NCBI GenBank assembly: GCA_038496445.1
Contig: JALMLS010000596.1
Span: forward strand, 206,246-270,245
DNA from: Trichosphaerium sp. ATCC 40318
Taxonomy: Eukaryota; Protista; Tubulinea
Reading direction: 5' to 3'
Length of the DNA: 64,000 bases
Part shown: positions 62,120-64,000 of the stretch, piece by piece
Position numbering within the stretch: the first letter of the stretch is position 1
Layout of the letters: the number at the start of each line of letters is the position of its first letter
The notes under the pieces: generated by a model
Databases searched by the model: none
The model's input: the letters and a program-made list of their open reading frames with translations, nothing else
Told to the model about the DNA's origin: nothing
Translations under genes and position numbers: made by a program

Positions 62120-64000
62120 TTAGTAAAATCCGATAATAGCTCTACCATATTCGCTTCTTTGAGCTAATATCTCAGGTTGTTTAACACCAGATCCAGTTAC
62201 ACACATATCTTTTAAATACTTGGCTGAACGTAGTAAAGGTAAAAGACCTTCCAAAGAAATCTGAGCGCAGCCTCTTAAATTAATATCAACGAGTTCCAAT
62301 AAGAATGGTCCTGCTTCTTTAATGCCTTTGTCTGTTACGGAAGACTTCTCCAAATTAAGATATCTTAGCTTCTTGCACTTTTTTGCTAGCACGCTAACAC
62401 TCTTGTCTGTGAGACCTTGAGCAAGCTCCAAAACTAAGAATAAATTAAGAATGTTTATCACTTGATATTTTGCAAAGCTTTCAAAATCTACCTGATAGTT
62501 CAGGGCAAGCGTTTGCTAGTGTGATGATATCCTTTTCTGTGACATCAAATTTACCACCGCCTATAGAAGATAAGTTGTTGGATATAGTCAAAGCGTGGCG
62601 AGTACCAATCATCAATAAGTTCAAATTACGGCAGCGGGAAAATGTTGAGATGCTTTTTGTTGTTAATTTAGCAGCTGATGTAAGATTTACTGATGTAAGT
62701 GAAGGACAATTCTTTGTTAAAACAGTGACACCTTTGCAAATGGGTGAGTTTGTTGCTCAAAAAAGTTAAATGAATTTCAGAAAAAATCAGGAACAAAGAA
62801 GTCGATATAAAAAGAACTTACTGGCATCTGATAAGTCATCACAGTCTTTTAGCGTTAACTCACATAAAGATCTATTATTTTCTGCTAATCTCGTCAAAGT
62901 AATATCAGATATTGGCTGGGCAGGCAAGCAAAAATACAATCTTGTCAAATTATTGCAAAACTTTGATATTGCTGTAAGAGATTGACCACCAAGTTTGCGG
63001 CAATAGTTCACAGATAGGTTTGTAAGTCTACTCCCAATCTTTTCTATGAATGAAGCAAATCCCTATTTCATGATTAATTCATGTTTAAGTACGGAAGTAA
63101 GTTCCAAAATAATCTGAAAAAAAGAAGAGTTACCTCATCTGTAATACTATCACTAAATGTGACTTCAAGGAAATTCAAGTTCATGCCACTGATACTAGAG
63201 AGGCCCCAATCTGTTATCTTATTACTGCTTCCTAAAGCCAGTGTTCTTAAGTTACTGCAAGTAGCTACTTTAACCAATACTAAGGATTGTCAAAAAGGAT
63301 AACATCTACAAGCCAAATGTGAATAAACAAAATGCTTACACTCGTCGGATAGTTTGACACATCCAGGTGCTAGTAGTGCATATAGTTCTTTTTGACCCTG
63401 ATTATCAAGTATAGCTTCAAATCCCTTATCAGATACACGTACACACTCTTTCGCCTATTTCGAAGGGTTAATCAAAGATAATGGTCCTTTTTTGCTTTTC
63501 GAGCTTACAACAAGTGCTTTAAGTTTAGGACAACCGCTGGCTATACTGACAAAGAAAGGATCTTTGATGTTTGCACGACTCACATCTAGAAACTCTAGAT
63601 GCTGTAACGTGGCAATACTAGCACCGCATCCATCTACGTCCAAGTCAAAACTTTTACATCAATTCTTTCGAAGAGAAAACCAAACAAACAAATAACACGT
63701 GCCATTTATCTTTGTACCACCAAGTGACAAACTGCGAAGATTGGGTAACGATGATACCATATCGCATACACCATTAGCAGTGACCTTCTTACACCCACTC
63801 AAATCTACTGTTTGAAGACGTTTACACTTGGCCAAAGCAGAAAGAACCCTGATTTTTTTGCAGTTATTATTCTGTTTTTACGGTGACAGTGGTTTTTTAA
63901 CGTACGAATCTGTCACACCTTTGTTATTGGTTAAGTCTACTTGCTCGAGCGACTGTGAGAGGTTGTCACCTATAGCTTCGAGTGAAGATGACAGTAGCGG
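62120..64000 (-). CDS. Cys-containing leucine-rich repeat protein (FBXL/AMN1-like); 5' end lies outside the window
   Basis: Many LxxLxL..C..ITD repeats across GT-AG exons; stop at 62120. Confidence 0.85.

Overview
AT-rich eukaryotic (probably protist) genomic DNA with many short spliceosomal introns, mostly 40-100 nt with GT(A/G)-type and some GC donors. The supplied ORF track therefore mostly shows exon fragments, and the gene models below were spliced by eye. The window is dominated by locally amplified secreted or surface gene families. (1) Eight copies of an ADAM/reprolysin (M12B)-like gene: six appear complete, one is transposon-disrupted and one is a deleted remnant. All seven full-length copies lack the HExxHxxGxxH zinc motif, vary strongly in the cleft-lining segments, and share a near-identical prodomain tract. 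(2) Four intronless ricin-B-type lectins. (3) Four 8-Cys secreted peptides. (4) Four Cys-rich, mucin-stalk, probably GPI-anchored proteins. Also present are F-box/MORN-variant, F-box, LRR and ankyrin genes or pseudogenes, a zinc alcohol dehydrogenase with a probable 4-nt microexon, a Sec14 gene, an intact 11-intron Ginger2/TDD-type integrase transposon with a 5-bp TSD, a TA-flanked MITE family (one copy split around 3.65 kb of gene cargo), a pre-miRNA-like hairpin, and strong CACGTG enrichment. All family assignments come from motif recognition; no searches were run.
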